In this document: one piece after another, positions 14,411-27,068 of the stretch
Layout: every line of letters starts with the position of its first letter
Numbering within the stretch: the first letter of the stretch is position 1
Source: Squalus acanthias
Taxonomy: Eukaryota
NCBI GenBank assembly: GCA_030390025.1
Contig: CM059432.1
Location: forward strand, 118,918,001 to 118,982,000
Length of the DNA stretch: 64,000 nt
Direction: 5' to 3'
Position numbers and translations under genes: made by a program
The notes under the pieces: generated by a model
What the model saw: the letters and a program-made list of their open reading frames with translations, nothing else
What the model was told of the DNA's origin: nothing
Databases searched by the model: none

Positions 14411-16918
14411 GGCCGGAATTTTGCCAGCTCTCAGAGTGCGGGTTTGGAGGCGGGTCCGCTGTCAAAATAGCAAAGATTGACAGCGGGTAGGAAACCCGCT
14501 GTCAACTCCTCCATGTGAGTCTCCCAGATGTCGGGTCTATCAGCGGAGAACTGACCCGACAGCAAGCAGCGGGGGAGACAGTTGAACTCATTAGATGGCT
14601 TGTTAAGAGCCAATTTAATGGTATTTTGAGGCTTCCTTCCAATTTTACGTGCACCCCCATGGGTTACCCGCTGCTCGGGGAACACGCCAGGTCACCCTGG
14701 CGTGATTTGATTCTGCTCTGATGTATCTGATAAGCTGACAGCTGCAGAAGTGGTGTAAAGGATGCCATGTTGCAGATGGTCAGTTTCAGGGCACAGAAAA
14801 TGTTGGTTACTGCATTTGTAATACATATAGAGATTTCTTTAGCTTGCAAGTGTTTAGAGGCAACTGAATGTCCAGTGCCACCTCAGTGGAACAACCTCTA
14901 TCACCATTGACTGATCGCTTCTGTCATCTCACCTGCAGCTGCCATCTATTGCAGCAACATCGGTGCCCTTGAAAAAATCAGACCTTGGTCCTCTGAATCC
15001 TTTCACAATCAGCCCCAACACCAACATCACCAACAACATCATCAACCTTCTCTGCCATCACCTGATGCTGCACAGGACACAGGGCATCAGCCCCTGACAA
15101 CATTGCTGCCTGGGAGGCCAGCGATGGCATCACCATGGCCAGATTTACTTCACTTGCTGCCACATGATGCATCAAGTTGACACCATCCCACACCAGCACC
15201 GTAAAGCATCCCTTTAATGTCCAAGCCATTCCATGCACACTCATCACTATAGTGGGGGGAGGGAAGTTATGTCTCAACATTCACTGGAACTCAGTAAGAC
15301 ACTTCTCAAGGTGTACACAGATCTGTCCAATAAGGGCAGTGTTGAAAATATAGGGCCAGAAATTCGTTTTTCCGGCTTCCTGCGGGTGCAAGCATCGCGC
15401 GTGTACTTACCTACCACGCCTGCCGTTGTGCTTTGGCCCCACGAGAACTTCAGGTCCTGGGCCACCTCCAGCTGCCGGCGTGCAGTGCTTGCGTGTCCCA
15501 GGGGCGCAGTTAGTTCGAAGCGTCCCCTGGGATCACGTGGGCCATGGAGAGCCAATCCTAGCAGGGCATTTTCATTCATAGATTTGACAGGAAGACCTGT
15601 CAAATCTATGAATTGAAATCGGCCCTAAAACCACACTTAAACTTCAAATATTTTTTTTTTAAATCACATTTTTAAAATAACTATAAGTTAAATAAATTAA
15701 CTATAAACAAAAATTTAAATTTTTGAACATATTAATTATACTTTTTAACGGTGCTAAAAATAAACTTACCTTTCTTTAAAGTATCTAAAAAAGATAAAGC
15801 TGCTGAAAATTTTTTAAAATTGTAATTAATTGTAATTGTTAAAAACGCATTTTTTGCCTCCTTTTTAAAAGCGCAGCTTCTTCCATACTTACCTTCCCGG
15901 AGAAACCTGAAAAAAAAACAAAGTTCGCTGCGTGCGCGCAGCCTCTCCCACGCACACGGTTCACCTCTGAACCCCTCCCTTCACAACACCGGAAGTTCCG
16001 GTTTCCCGCGCATGCGCAGTGCATGCAGGAAACCGGCACTTCAAGTGGCCTTACGGGTGAGTACACAGCGCGTACTCACCCGACAAGCGCCGAATTTCTG
16101 GACCATAGATTTCACTGTATTACAACACATTACCAGAAACTTCACATGGACATTGGCTAAACCTCTCAAGTGCCTACCCTTGTGTGTTGTTAGTTGGTAT
16201 GCTTGCAGTAGGATGAGGGTGAGTTTTACGGGTGGCTAGTGAGATGGGGATGTGATAATGTAGATAGAGAGGGTTGGGTGGAGGTGCAAGGTAAGTTGGT
16301 GTGAGTAAGGATGTGTAGGAGAAGGGTATGGAAGGCAGAGTGATGGGGATGTGTTGAGTGGCACAGGAGGGTGAGCTTGAGTGTGGCTTTGCAGTAACGT
16401 TTCATGATCCACTGAGATCATTGAAAGGTTGGCGCCACTGCAGCCAGGGACCCCTGACGACATCTCTGCTTTTGCCCTCCTGTGCCATGTGCAACCAGGC
16501 TGTGTTGGTCTTCTGGGGAAGTCTCTTCCGCCCTTGGAAGGGAAGAGAACCTCCCTGCGTGTGTGACTCCCTCCATAAGCATATGGAGGGAGTCATTGGA
16601 GAGCCTGGGTGCAAGCATTCACCTTTGTGCAGTGCTTGTCAGTGTTTGCAGCACGTCAATGCTGTCAAACACTGACAGAACAACTGTCAAACTCAATGTT
16701 GCTGTTGGTCCCTTTAAGGAAACCAGCTGATGATGCGTCATCAAATGATGTCATCAGACCCGCTTCCTGTTAATTGGCCGGGAAGCCTGCAGGGCGGGCT
16801 TAACAAGGCCAATCAAGGGAAAATCCCTTTGACAAAGCGGCTGCAGCCGGGATCAGGACTGGAACCTGGAAACCAGCTCTCGCACCACCATCCTGACACC
16901 GCTGAGAAAATCGTGGCC
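14411..16918. mobile_element. Non-autonomous PIF/Harbinger transposon with Myb/SANT-like ORF remnant on the minus strand
   Basis: TIRs GGCCGGAATTTT / AAAATCGTGGCC, AAA TSD; removing it restores the CR1 RT. Minus-strand 16400-16620 reads APRLSNDSLHMLMEGV..GRKRLP..AWLHMAQE..PWLQWRQPFNDL across frameshifts. Confidence 0.8.
15353..16104. mobile_element. Harbinger-type MITE (752 bp) nested in the 14411-16918 element
   Basis: TIR GGGCCAGAAATTCG / CGAATTTCTGGACC, ATA TSD, GC/CpG-rich ends with an AT-rich core. Confidence 0.85.
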
Positions 16919-18947
16919 AAAGAGCCTGCAAAGGGATATAGACAGTTTAAGTGAGTGGGCAATAAGGCGGCAGATGGAGTATAATGTGGGGAAATGTGAG
17001 GTTATTCACTTTGATAGGAAGAATAGAAAAACAGAATATCTTTTAAATGATAAGAAACTATTAAATGTTGGTGTTCAGAGAGATTTAGGAGCCCTCGTAC
17101 AAGAAACACAGAAAGTTAGCATGCAGGTACAGCAAGCAATTAGGAAGGCAAATGGCATGTTGGCCTTTATTGCAATGTGGTTGGAGAATAAGAGTAAGGA
17201 AGTTTTACTACAATTGTACTGTTCTTTGGTGAGACCACACCTGGAGTACTGTGCACGGTTTTGGGCTCCTTTTCTGAGAAAGGACATACATGCCTTGGAG
17301 GCGGTGCAACGAAGGTTCACTAGCTTGATCCCTGGGATGAGAGGATTGTCCTATGAGGAGAGATTGAGTAGATTGGGCCTATACGCTCTGGAGTTTAGAA
17401 GAATGAGAGGTGATCTCATTGAAACATACAAGATTCTGAAGGGGATTGACAGGGTAGATGCTGAGAGTTGTTTCCCCTGTCTGGAGAGTCTAGAACCAGG
17501 GGTCACAGTCTCAGAATAAGGGGTCAGCCATTTAAGACTGAGATGAGGAGGAATTTCTTCACTCAGAGGGTTGTGAATCTTTGGAATTCTCTACTCCAGA
17601 GGGCTGTGGATGCTGAGTCGTTGAGTATATTTGAGGCTGAGATCAATAAATTCTTGGGCACTAAGGGAATCAAGGGATTTGGAGATTGGGCAGGAAAGTG
17701 GAGTTGAGATCGAAGATCAGCCATGATCTTATTGAATGGCGGAGCAGACTCGAGGGGTCGTATGGCCTACTCCTGCTCCTAATTCTTATGTTCTTATGTT
17801 CTTATGACTGCTTTTCCGACATCCAGTACTGGATGAGCAGAAATTTCCTCCGACTAAATATCAGGAAGTCAGAAGCTATTAGTCTTCGGTCCCCACCACA
17901 AACTCCGTTCCCTAGCCACCGACTCCATCCCTCTCCCTGACATCTGTCTGAGGCTGAACCAGACTGTTCACAACCTTGGTGTCATAGCTGACCCCAAGAT
18001 GAGCTTCTGACCACATATCACTAAGACCGCCTATTTCCACCTCCGTAACATTACCCAACTCTGCCCTTGCCCCAGCTCATCTGCAGCTGAAACCCTCATC
18101 CATGCCTTTGTTACCTCTAGACTTGACTATTCCAATGCACTCCTGGCTGGCCTCCCACGTTCTACCCTCCATAAACTTGAGATCATCCAAAACTCTGCTG
18201 CCCATGTCCTAACTTGCACCAAGTCCTGTTCACCCATCACCCCTGTGCTCGCTGACCTACATTGGCTCCTTGTTAAGAAACGCCTCGAATTTAAAATTCT
18301 CATCCTTGTTTTCAAATCGCTCCATGGCCTCGCCCTCCCTATCCATGTAATCTCCTCCAGCTCTACAACCCTCCGAGATCTCTTCACTCCTCTAATTCTG
18401 GCCTATTGCGCATCCCTGATTTTCATCACTCCACCATTGGCGGCCGTGTCTTCAGCTGCCTAGGACCTAAACTCTGGAATTCCTTCCCTAAACCTTTCTG
18501 CCTCTCAACCTCTTTCTCCACCTTTAAGATGCTCCGTAAAACCTACCTCTTTGACCAAGCTCTTGACCACCTGCCCTAACATCTCCTTATGTGTATTGGT
18601 GTCAAATTATTTTTGATAATCGCTCCTGTGAAGAGCCTTGGGAAATTTTACTACATTAATATAAGCTGTTGTTATTTACAGTTCAATGTGTGAATGTTGA
18701 TTATATAGATCTCAATGTGTGAATGATGACTATAACTCAAAGTGTGCAAATTAACAATTTACAGCTCAATATGTGGAAGTTAACGACATAAAACTGAATA
18801 TATGAACAGCTCAATGTGTCAACATTGTCTATACACAGCTCAATGTATGAATTTGAATATATACACCTAATTGTGTGAGCATTAACCATGCACAGTTTAA
18901 TGTGTGAATGTTGACTATATACAGCTCAATGTGTGAATGTAGACATT

Positions 18948-19689
18948 GGGCCGAAAATTGATCCCGGGACGCGAGAGTACGCACTGCGTACTCTCGCGTA
19001 TTCCCACTCCAATTGCCGGTTTTCTGCATGCCCTGCGCATGCGCTGAAAACCGGCAATTGCTCTTCTGAAAAGGGGGCGGGTCCTCAGTGCATCGCGTGC
19101 GCGCTACAGGCTGCGCGCACGCTGTGCACTTCATGCTTTGGACGCGCAGGTAAGTACGGAAGATTTTGGAAATGTAAAAAGGAGGAGTAAGACCCACTTT
19201 TAAGAAGGTAAGTAGTGAATTAAGTATTTTTTGGAATTTTTTTTAACAGGTATATCTTTTTTAGCGACTTTAAAGACAGTTAAGTTTATTTTTATAACTT
19301 TTTAAAAGATTTTAAATTTTTTCAAAAATTTAATTTTTTATTTAAAATGGTTAATTTAATTAACTATACTTATTTTATTAATGTGATGGTTTTTTTTTAA
19401 TTTAATTGAGGTTTAGCTGTTATTTTTGGGGGGTGTAAGATTCATAGATTTCACCGCCGTGCTGTGAAACTTATGAATGGAAGATGGTGTGCTGCCATTG
19501 GCTCTAACTGAGTCACGTGATCCCACAGCTCGCACGAATTCACTACGCCGCTGGGATACGCAAGCACTGCCCAGCTGATGTCTAGAACATCAAGTTCGTG
19601 CGAGCTGGATCTGAAAAAGCACAAGCCAGGTGAGAGATCGCGGGGAAGCCTTACCCCCGCGGGAACAGAGCGAGATCAATTTCTGGGCC
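18948..19689 (+). mobile_element. Harbinger-type MITE (742 bp), young family
   Basis: TIR GGGCCGAAAATTGATC / GATCAATTTCTGGGCC, flanks ATT/AAT. Near-identical inverted copy at 27678-28421. Confidence 0.88.
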
Positions 19690-19911
19690 AATATATAGCC
19701 AAATGTGTGAACATTGACCATGTGTAACTCAATGTGTCAATGTTGTTGACAGCTCACTGTGTGAATGTTGACAAGATTCATTTCAATGTGTGCACATTAA
19801 CCACGCACAGTTCAATGTGCGAATGTTGATTGTACACAGCTCAATATGTGAATGTTGACTATATACAGTGCATGTTAACTATATATAGTTCTGTGTATGA
19901 ATGTGTACTAT

Positions 19912-21812
19912 TACATAGTTTATACTTACAGCACAGAAACAGACCATTTGGCCCAACAGGTGGTGTTTATGCTCCACACGAGCCTCCTCCAACCCTTCTT
20001 CGCCTAACCCCATCAGCATATCCTTCTATTCCTTTCTCCCTCATGTGTTTATCTAGCTTTCCCTTAAATGCATTTAGGCTAGTCGCCTCAACTACTCCTT
20101 GTGGTAGCGAGTTCCACATTCTCAGCAAGCTTTGGGTAAAGAAGTTTCTCCTGAATTCCCTCTTGGATATATTAGTGACTATCTTATATTTATGGCCCCT
20201 AGTTCTAGTCTCCCCTGCAAGTGGAAACATCTTCTCTACATCTACCCTGTCAAACCCTTTCATAACCTTAAAGACCTCTATCAGGTAACCCCTCTTCTCT
20301 TTTCTAGAGAAAAGAGCCCCAGCCTGTTTAATCTATCCTGATAGGTATAACATTTCAGTTCTGGTATCATTCTAGTAAATCTTTATTATCCCTTCACTAT
20401 TTGCTCAATATCCTTTTTGTAATATGGCGACCAGAATTGTACACTGTACTCCGAGTGTGGTCTAACCAAGGTTCTATACAAGGTTAACATAACTTCTCTA
20501 CTTTTCAATTCTATCCCTCTAGAAATGAACCCCAGTGCTTTGTTTGCTTTTTTTATGGCCTTATTAACCTGCATCGCCATTTCTGTACCCACAGATCCCT
20601 CTGTTCCTCTACTCCTTTTGGACACTTGGGGCTAGAAATTCGGCTCCTTTGCGCCTGCCGTTAGCACCTCCGGGGGGCACTAACGGGGCGCAAAAGGATT
20701 ATCTTCCGGGATGGGGGCAAAAAAAGTGCCTCCCGAGAAATTCAGCGGGGCGTTGCTGAGGCGCTACCCGATAGCGCCACGCCCCCGCCAGTAGCGCCCC
20801 GGGCCACGGCGCCACTGGCAATGACATCATTGCCGTGCACCACGACCCCTTAGTGACCTGCCGCGTCCCCACAGCAGAAATTTGGCTGCGCCCCGCGAGG
20901 CTGCCGTGGGCAATGTCAACGCCAGCCTCGCGGGTCGCGAGCCGGGCTGACCTCCGCTCGCGGGGCAGTATTTAAACGGGAGTTGCACCCGCGGCCCGCA
21001 CCGCCATTTTCTTTTTTTGGCCGACCTCCAGGTTGGCCCTCCGTGGTGGGCCATGGTGTAGTCCTGGCCGCCATCACGCAGCCCAACACCGCGTCTCAGT
21101 GCCGGGCTGTAGCCGTGGCACCACGCCACCTTGGTGGCCTAGTTGGGGCCATTGGAGGTCCTGCAGAGTGCGCAGTGGCCTGCCCTTTTAACTGAAGGGT
21201 AGGAGCGTTGAAATGCAGCAGCACTCCGCGGAGCTTTTCTCCGAGCGCTGCCGATCGCGCCCCGACATCCTCTCGGTTACCGCCCTGCCAGGAAGTGGAG
21301 CGCCAACATTATGCTGCACTTCCTGTGCAGGGCGGTAAGCCGAATTTATCAGCTGGGGCAGTACTTCCTGTGCCGGGCGCTAAATGTCCAGCCTTAACTT
21401 GGTTACCGCCCCCAAACAGGACGTAACCGAATTTCGCGCCCTTACTTTCCAAGGTATATGTGGCCTCTTTATTCTTCCTACCAAAATGTACCACCTCACA
21501 CTTATCTATATTGAAGTTCATTTATTAATTGCATGCCCATTCTGAAAGTTTATTAATGTCTTTCTGTATTTTGTCACGGTCCTCGTCTGTATTAACTACA
21601 CCCCCCAGTTTGGTGTTGTTCGCAAATTTCGAAATTGTATTTCCGATACCCGAGTCCAAATCATTTATGTAAATTGTGAACATCAGTAATCCCAGCACTG
21701 ACCCTTGTGGAACACCACTTCCCACCTTTTGCCAGTGTGAGTAACTACCTTTAACCCCTACTCTCTGTTGTCTGTTTTGTAGCCAGGTTGCTATCCATTC
21801 TGCTACTTGCTA
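19912..21812 (-). mobile_element. CR1 LINE RT-3' fragment interrupted by a MITE at 20629-21441
   Basis: Minus-strand ORFs SGVPQGSVLG..SKFANNTKLGG, LVRPHSEYSVQFWSP and TRGHKYK..WNSLPQ. Confidence 0.88.
20629..21441. mobile_element. GC-rich Harbinger-type MITE (813 bp)
   Basis: TIR GGGCTAGAAATTCGG / CCGAATTTCGCGCCC (13/15), flanks TTG/TTA. Interrupts a CR1. Confidence 0.82.
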
Positions 21813-21814
21813 CT

Positions 21815-22500
21815 TTTTACAGCTCAATATGTGAATGTTGACTGTAAAAAGCTCAATATGTGAAATAAAAACAGAACATGCTGGAGATACTCAGCAGGTC
21901 AGGCAGCATCTGTGAAGAGAGAAACAGAGTCAATGTTTCAGGTCGATGACCTTTCGTCAGAACATCGACCTGAAACGTTAACTCTGTTTCTCTCTTCACA
22001 GATGCTGCCTGACCTGCTGAGTATCTCCAGCATTTTCTGGTTTTATTTCAGATTTCCAGCATCTGCAGTATTTTCTTTTTGTATTAGCTCAATATGTGAA
22101 TGTTGACTGTAAACAGCTCAATATGTGAATGTTGACTATATACAGCTCAATATGTGAATGTTGACTGTATACAGCTCAATATGTGAATGTTGACTATATA
22201 CAGCTCAATATGTGAATGTTGACTGTAAACAGCTTAATATGTGAATGTTGACTGTAAACAGCTTAATATGTGAATGTTGACTATATACAGCTCAATATGT
22301 GAATGTTGACTGTATACAGCTCAATATGTGAATGTTGACTGTATACAACTCAATATGTGAATGTTGACTATACAGCTCAATATGTGAGCATTGCCCATGT
22401 ACAGCTCAAGTGTGAATGTTGACTATACTGCGGTCAATGTGTGAATATTGACCTTGTACATCTCACTCTGTGAAAGCTGACCATGCACAGCTCAGTGGAG
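21815..22500. repeat. 29-bp satellite variant (ACAGCTCAATATGTGAATGTTGACTRTAW), homogeneous at 22086-22400
   Basis: Direct tandem repeats related to the 5955-10408 array. Confidence 0.9.
21864..22085 (+). mobile_element. Short fold-back Penelope-like insertion
   Basis: About 85-bp inverted arms, ~37-bp unpaired 3' tail, flanked by AGCTCAATATGTGA at 21850-63 and 22086-99 (this lies inside the satellite, so the TSD is less certain). Confidence 0.85.
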
Positions 22501-24989
22501 CCGATGTTGTGCTTCCTGCGGGGAATAGCATTGATAGCGAGCAAATTGCAAGTGCACAGCTTGTGATTTTCCCATCGGTTAATTTTAATGGAGGAAAATC
22601 ATGGGCTGTGTGACTGCGAAAACTTGAGATGCGTTTCTTTTGGAGGTGGAGAAGCACAGATTTGACCCTAATTTGTGAATATTAACCATGCGCAGCTAAT
22701 ACCTGGCCATCAACCATGCAGCGTGCACTATGGGCCTCTGGACAAATGTGCCCTGCAATGCAGTTTCCCCTCTCTGCTCTCCAAACACAACTAACTGCAT
22801 TGAAAAAAAACCCAGATTCATTTGCTTTAAACCAAAATATGACACATTTAATTTTCTTTCAACAAAGCCACCTGTTTTAATTGTGTTTAAACACACCAAC
22901 CATTTTTTTAAAAAGAGGCCGCGAAACAAGTGCTGGGCCAGGCTCTGTTTAGGTAGTTTCACGTTAGGTTTTTCGGAGCTGAGTTATAATGGAAATCTGT
23001 GGGGATCACAAGAAACAGACATGGGAACTCTGAGGAGCATTAATCATATGTGAGATCAGTTAGAGAGGACCGTGGGAGTCATCAGACTTTGAGGGGTGGT
23101 ACAGGTGGGGCCATAGGAAGAATTGATCACTGGGGGATGGATGGTTGAGCAGAGGGGAGGTAGCTGAGGTGAATCAATGGGACGTGGCAACCAAATTTAT
23201 CGTAGTTTTATTAATTGAGTTCATAGGGGCTAAGGTTGCAGCCCTGAGCAGCCAGTAAACACACTGGAACTGGAGGCTGGGATGGGGTGCTGTGGGGTCG
23301 GGGTTTTGCAGGAGGGCGAGCAGGATCTTTCTGACACCTGATGAATCCTGGCAGGACCTCAGGACTGAATGAGATACAGTAAGAGTGGGCAGGTGAGCAA
23401 CACTGCAGGAGTATGTAGTACTGCTGAGGCTGGTCCCCTCAAATAGGAGCATGCTCAGTTCATTTTACATTCCTAAATCTCACGATTTTTAAACTCCACG
23501 AGATGTGCACCTAACACGGTGAGATCACAAGTCGATTTGGGGGGCCTGAATTCCTGTTGGGACACAGCTGGTGCCCATGTTCCATGTGTGTTAATCTAGC
23601 TCAATGGGCATCCTTGGAGTTCCAAACTCTTAGCTGTCACTGAGCAAGTATTTTCCGGGCCTCTTGTTTCATGAATTTTAACCTCATTTGAGGACGTGTT
23701 CACTTTGTTTCATGTTATGGACATCTGAAAACAGCCCAGTTCGTTCATCTTTACTCGGATATATTTTTTCTTCAGTAGTTTTCTCTGCCAAATCGTCTCC
23801 TGTCCTCTCTTCCCCTGAAGGCATTGAGTCCTTTCTGGGTACGATCCACAGGTGCCAGTCGCCATCCACTACCTCTTCCAAATGTGAGCCTCGATAGTGG
23901 CAGGCTATTCAACTGCATGGAGCATTACAGCTGACCCTGTTCCTGCACTTAACCAATCTTTATACATGCACTTTCCATGTATATATTTTTTTATATCTAA
24001 CAGACTGAATAGAACAGGATTTCTGCAATGAGTGTGGAGAGTGGGAGCAGTGCAGACTTTGCACCTGCCTCCGTTGAGCATGATTGATTGCATGTGAAGC
24101 TCCAGGCTTTGCGAATCTTAATTATCAGTGGCAAGCTTCTTGCCTGAAATGTGAGCAGCGCTGGGAGTTTGCACAGTGAGGGGGACATTTTGTTTTGTGC
24201 TCTGCTGAAGTAACATTAGGGCTGACACTGCTATTTCAAAGGCAATGGCAACTGAAAGGTATGTGGCCTGAAGCTGGAGGGCAAAAAATAATAGGACTGC
24301 AAAAATGACTTTAGGGCGCACAGTATCTGGATGGTACAAAGTAATCTAGCTGGAAAAAAAAAGAACACTGGAGGCAACAAAAATGTGGACGCAGGAAACG
24401 GAGTCGCCCTCTGCAGCAGTAGGCATGGTGGAACCAGCTGCAGGATCACAGCTTGAGGTACAGAGCCACCTCAATCCCAAGGAATTACAACTGACACCCA
24501 GTCACCTTACTTACTCCTGCCATTGGGGAAACACTTCAGGGAAGCAGTAAAAGAGGTACTGTATGATGTATACCATACACTGCCACCAAGAGGAAGTTCC
24601 AGAGCAAAGAACAATAAAAGCAAATATATATATATATATATCACTTAGAGAAATACAAATTAGTTGAACTTTTAGTTGAACTTTCTCCAGAGAGTTTACT
24701 TCTGATGGTGTAGAATAAGGTGGCAGTAGATCAAAGATAGGCATATGCGGTCATGTAGAGGACAAGGTTGGGAAATGTATGATGCGTTAGTGGATAGGGA
24801 GATTAGTTACACGAGAGGCTGAGGTGCTTAAGGTGAACATCTCCTCTGTGAGAGTCTCGTGTACTATTTTCCCAGGGAGCATCACAGCTGAACTAGTTTC
24901 TGCACTCAGCCAATCTCCACACATCCACTTTCATGTAGATTTCTTATACCCAATAGGCTTAACAGACTATAATTTCTACAGTGAATGTG

Positions 24990-25560
24990 GAGAAGGTGAG
25001 AACAGTGCAGATTACTGGTCACTGACTACCTGGATATTGATAAAGTAGAAACCCTTGCAATTCATTAAAAGCCCTGGCATTGTGTCTAGGGGCCCGGGTG
25101 GCTTTATGGATTCCATCAATAACCTTTTGGAGTTTGCAACTTCTGCATTATGAAAAAAAACTGCAGCGGCTTATCTTTCTGTTGAGGTTTCTTCATTGGG
25201 AAAGTACTGAAGTTGTTTGCCCTGGTGAACAAAGCATCAGTGACCTGCTTGATGCGTCTTTGTGCTGCATATTGACTGATATATATGACCCTGTGCTAGC
25301 ATGGAAGGAACTGGAAGCCTAAAGGTCAGGGCAGTGATGACCTTTACTGCCAATGGCAAGTGCAGTTCCTGAGGTGGATGTTGTCTGCAGATCAGATTGC
25401 AGCAAATACCACAACTCCATCACTGATGGAGCTCAGTCTATGAACATAGTTCTTTTCAGAAATTCCCAAGTAGCTGAGCTGGATCTGAAAGAATGGCTCT
25501 CTGGATAATGGCAGATGCGGATAGTCCATCTGTGGTGCAAGTAAACATCTCTTGTATCCT
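24990..25560 (-). pseudogene. Highly decayed Harbinger (HARBI1-like DDE) transposase remnant
   Basis: Manual minus-strand translation across frameshifts: LSYLGISE..RL, PLAVKVITAL..SSSF..ISQ..IKQVTDALF..FP, VIDGIH..RAP..NCKGFYFINIQVVSD. Homologous to 48040-48200. Confidence 0.7.
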
Positions 25561-25972
25561 TTCTTCAATCCTCTTTTACCTCCAAAAACCTTAAACAGAG
25601 AGGAACACAAAGTGCAATAGCCATTTCAACAATTTTTATTGCAGCACCAAAAAATGCTATTTAACAAGCCACTTCCTGGAAGGTTAGAGCAGTTTATGCA
25701 TGCTGTATATAGCTGGGCTATGCACTTTGTGCAATTCCATCAGAAGGGATTGGATTTCACACCAATAGGAAATGTTGTCAGCTGCTTAATAATGTCATAT
25801 TATTAATTACGAACCAATTTGCATGTATTCATGAGGCTGCAATCTGTTTCAGGTGGGAGCTGTCTCCACCAGGTGCCCCAACCCCCATCCCCCCACCACC
25901 CAGAAATAAGGCGACTTTTGGGACCAGCCCCAATTGCACACCATTTTCCATCTGCTACTTCTCCATTTTTAG

Positions 25973-26177
25973 CCATGATGTGGAGATGCCGGTGTTGGAC
26001 TGGGGTGGACAAATGTGAGAAGTCGCACAACACCAGGTTATATTCCAACAGTTTTATTTGATATCACAAGCTTTCAGAGCGCTGCTCCTTCACCTGACGA
26101 AGGAGCAGCGCTCCGAAAGCTTGTGATTTCAAATAAAACTGTTGGGCTATAACCTGGTGTTGTGCAACTTCGCACAT
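25973..26177 (-). mobile_element. Short fold-back Penelope-like insertion, second family
   Basis: About 80-bp inverted arms (26011-26092 / 26097-26179), 38-bp tail, exact 14-bp TSD TTCTCCATTTTTAG at 25959-72 and 26178-91. Confidence 0.8.
26090..26126 (+). ncRNA. Minimal type I hammerhead ribozyme motif
   Basis: TCAC-CTGACGA-A-GGAGC-AGC-GCTCC-GAAA-GC-TT-GTGA: stem I TCAC/GTGA, stem II GGAGC/GCTCC, palindromic AAGCTT stem III. Confidence 0.75.
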
Positions 26178-26759
26178 TTCTCCATTTTTAGGCACCTACA
26201 GGGCAGTAAGGAAGCAAAAATTGCCCCGATGTGTGAATGCAGCAGGAAGTCAGTGAACTCCACCCTGACCTGATTTGCCAGCTCTAGATGCCACATCTTA
26301 TGCACAAACAGAAATTATATGCCACCATTTCAAATAAGTTGCAAGTAATATACTTTAGTATTTATTTCACTTCATTGTCATGGCAGTAATGGATTCTTAT
26401 TTCTGATTTGCCCTGTCAATGCACCACACAGCTCTGTATCTTCATTGGTTGGACAAAAATAAACCCCTCCTCCCCACACAATCTATTTTATTGTGGCTCA
26501 CCAGCTGTTGGTCTCAGAACTAAAGATGCTACTGGGTGTCTCTGCTATGGTGTGGGCTTCTGGGAGAGGGGGTGGTGTCAGATATTCACCAGTTGCAGTT
26601 GTTATGAGATTATCTTGTGGGAGCTCCCTCATTGTACCAGAGGTGCCACTGACAGGTTTGTTTTTGAGGTCACTGTCTTGTAGCGGTGATGGGGTACAAG
26701 TCTGAAATTTCCTGAGGTCATGACTCATGGAGAGTCCTCCACAGGGAAGGAGTGGTTGA

Positions 26760-27068
26760 AACATAGAAACATAGAAGATAGGAGCAGGAGTAGGCCATTC
26801 GGCCCCTCGAGCCTGCTCCGCCATTCGATGAGATCATGGCTGATCATCCAAACTCAGTACCCTGTACCTGCCTTCTCCCCATATCCCTTGATACCTTTAG
26901 CTTTAAGAAATATATCTAACTCATTCTTGAATATATTTAATGACTTGGCCTCAACTACCTTCTGTGGTAGAGAATTCCACAGGTTCACCACTCTCTGGGT
27001 GAAGAAATTCTTCCTCATTTCTGTCCTAAATGGCTTACCCCTTATCCTTAGATTATGACCCCTGGTTC
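26760..27068 (-). mobile_element. Young CR1 3' end
   Basis: (CATAGAAA)n tail; only a few substitutions relative to 53970-54278. Confidence 0.9.

Larger units (their letters stand above)
11610..17804 (+). mobile_element. Near full-length decayed CR1 LINE (ORF1 zinc-finger/esterase remnant, ORF2 APE+RT), interrupted by a Harbinger element
   Basis: ORF1 remnant VVVVRDSIVRG; endonuclease LYLNAQSIHNKIDEL, EPTREKAILDLIL..KSDH; RT SKFADDTKLGG near 14350. Resumes at 16919 and ends in a (TTCTTATG)n tail near 17783-17806. Many stops and frameshifts. Confidence 0.92.
11235..18675 (+). mobile_element. L2 LINE RT-3' fragment split in two (11235-11609 and 17805-18675) by a CR1 insertion
   Basis: Left part encodes LLVLLDLS..FHMYADDTQLY and ends TCTCTAAATTGTCA. 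Right part resumes GACTGCTTTTCCGACATCCAG..SRLDYSNALL..LHWL and ends in an L2 tail. Collinear with the uninterrupted L2 at 44466-45775. Confidence 0.85.
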
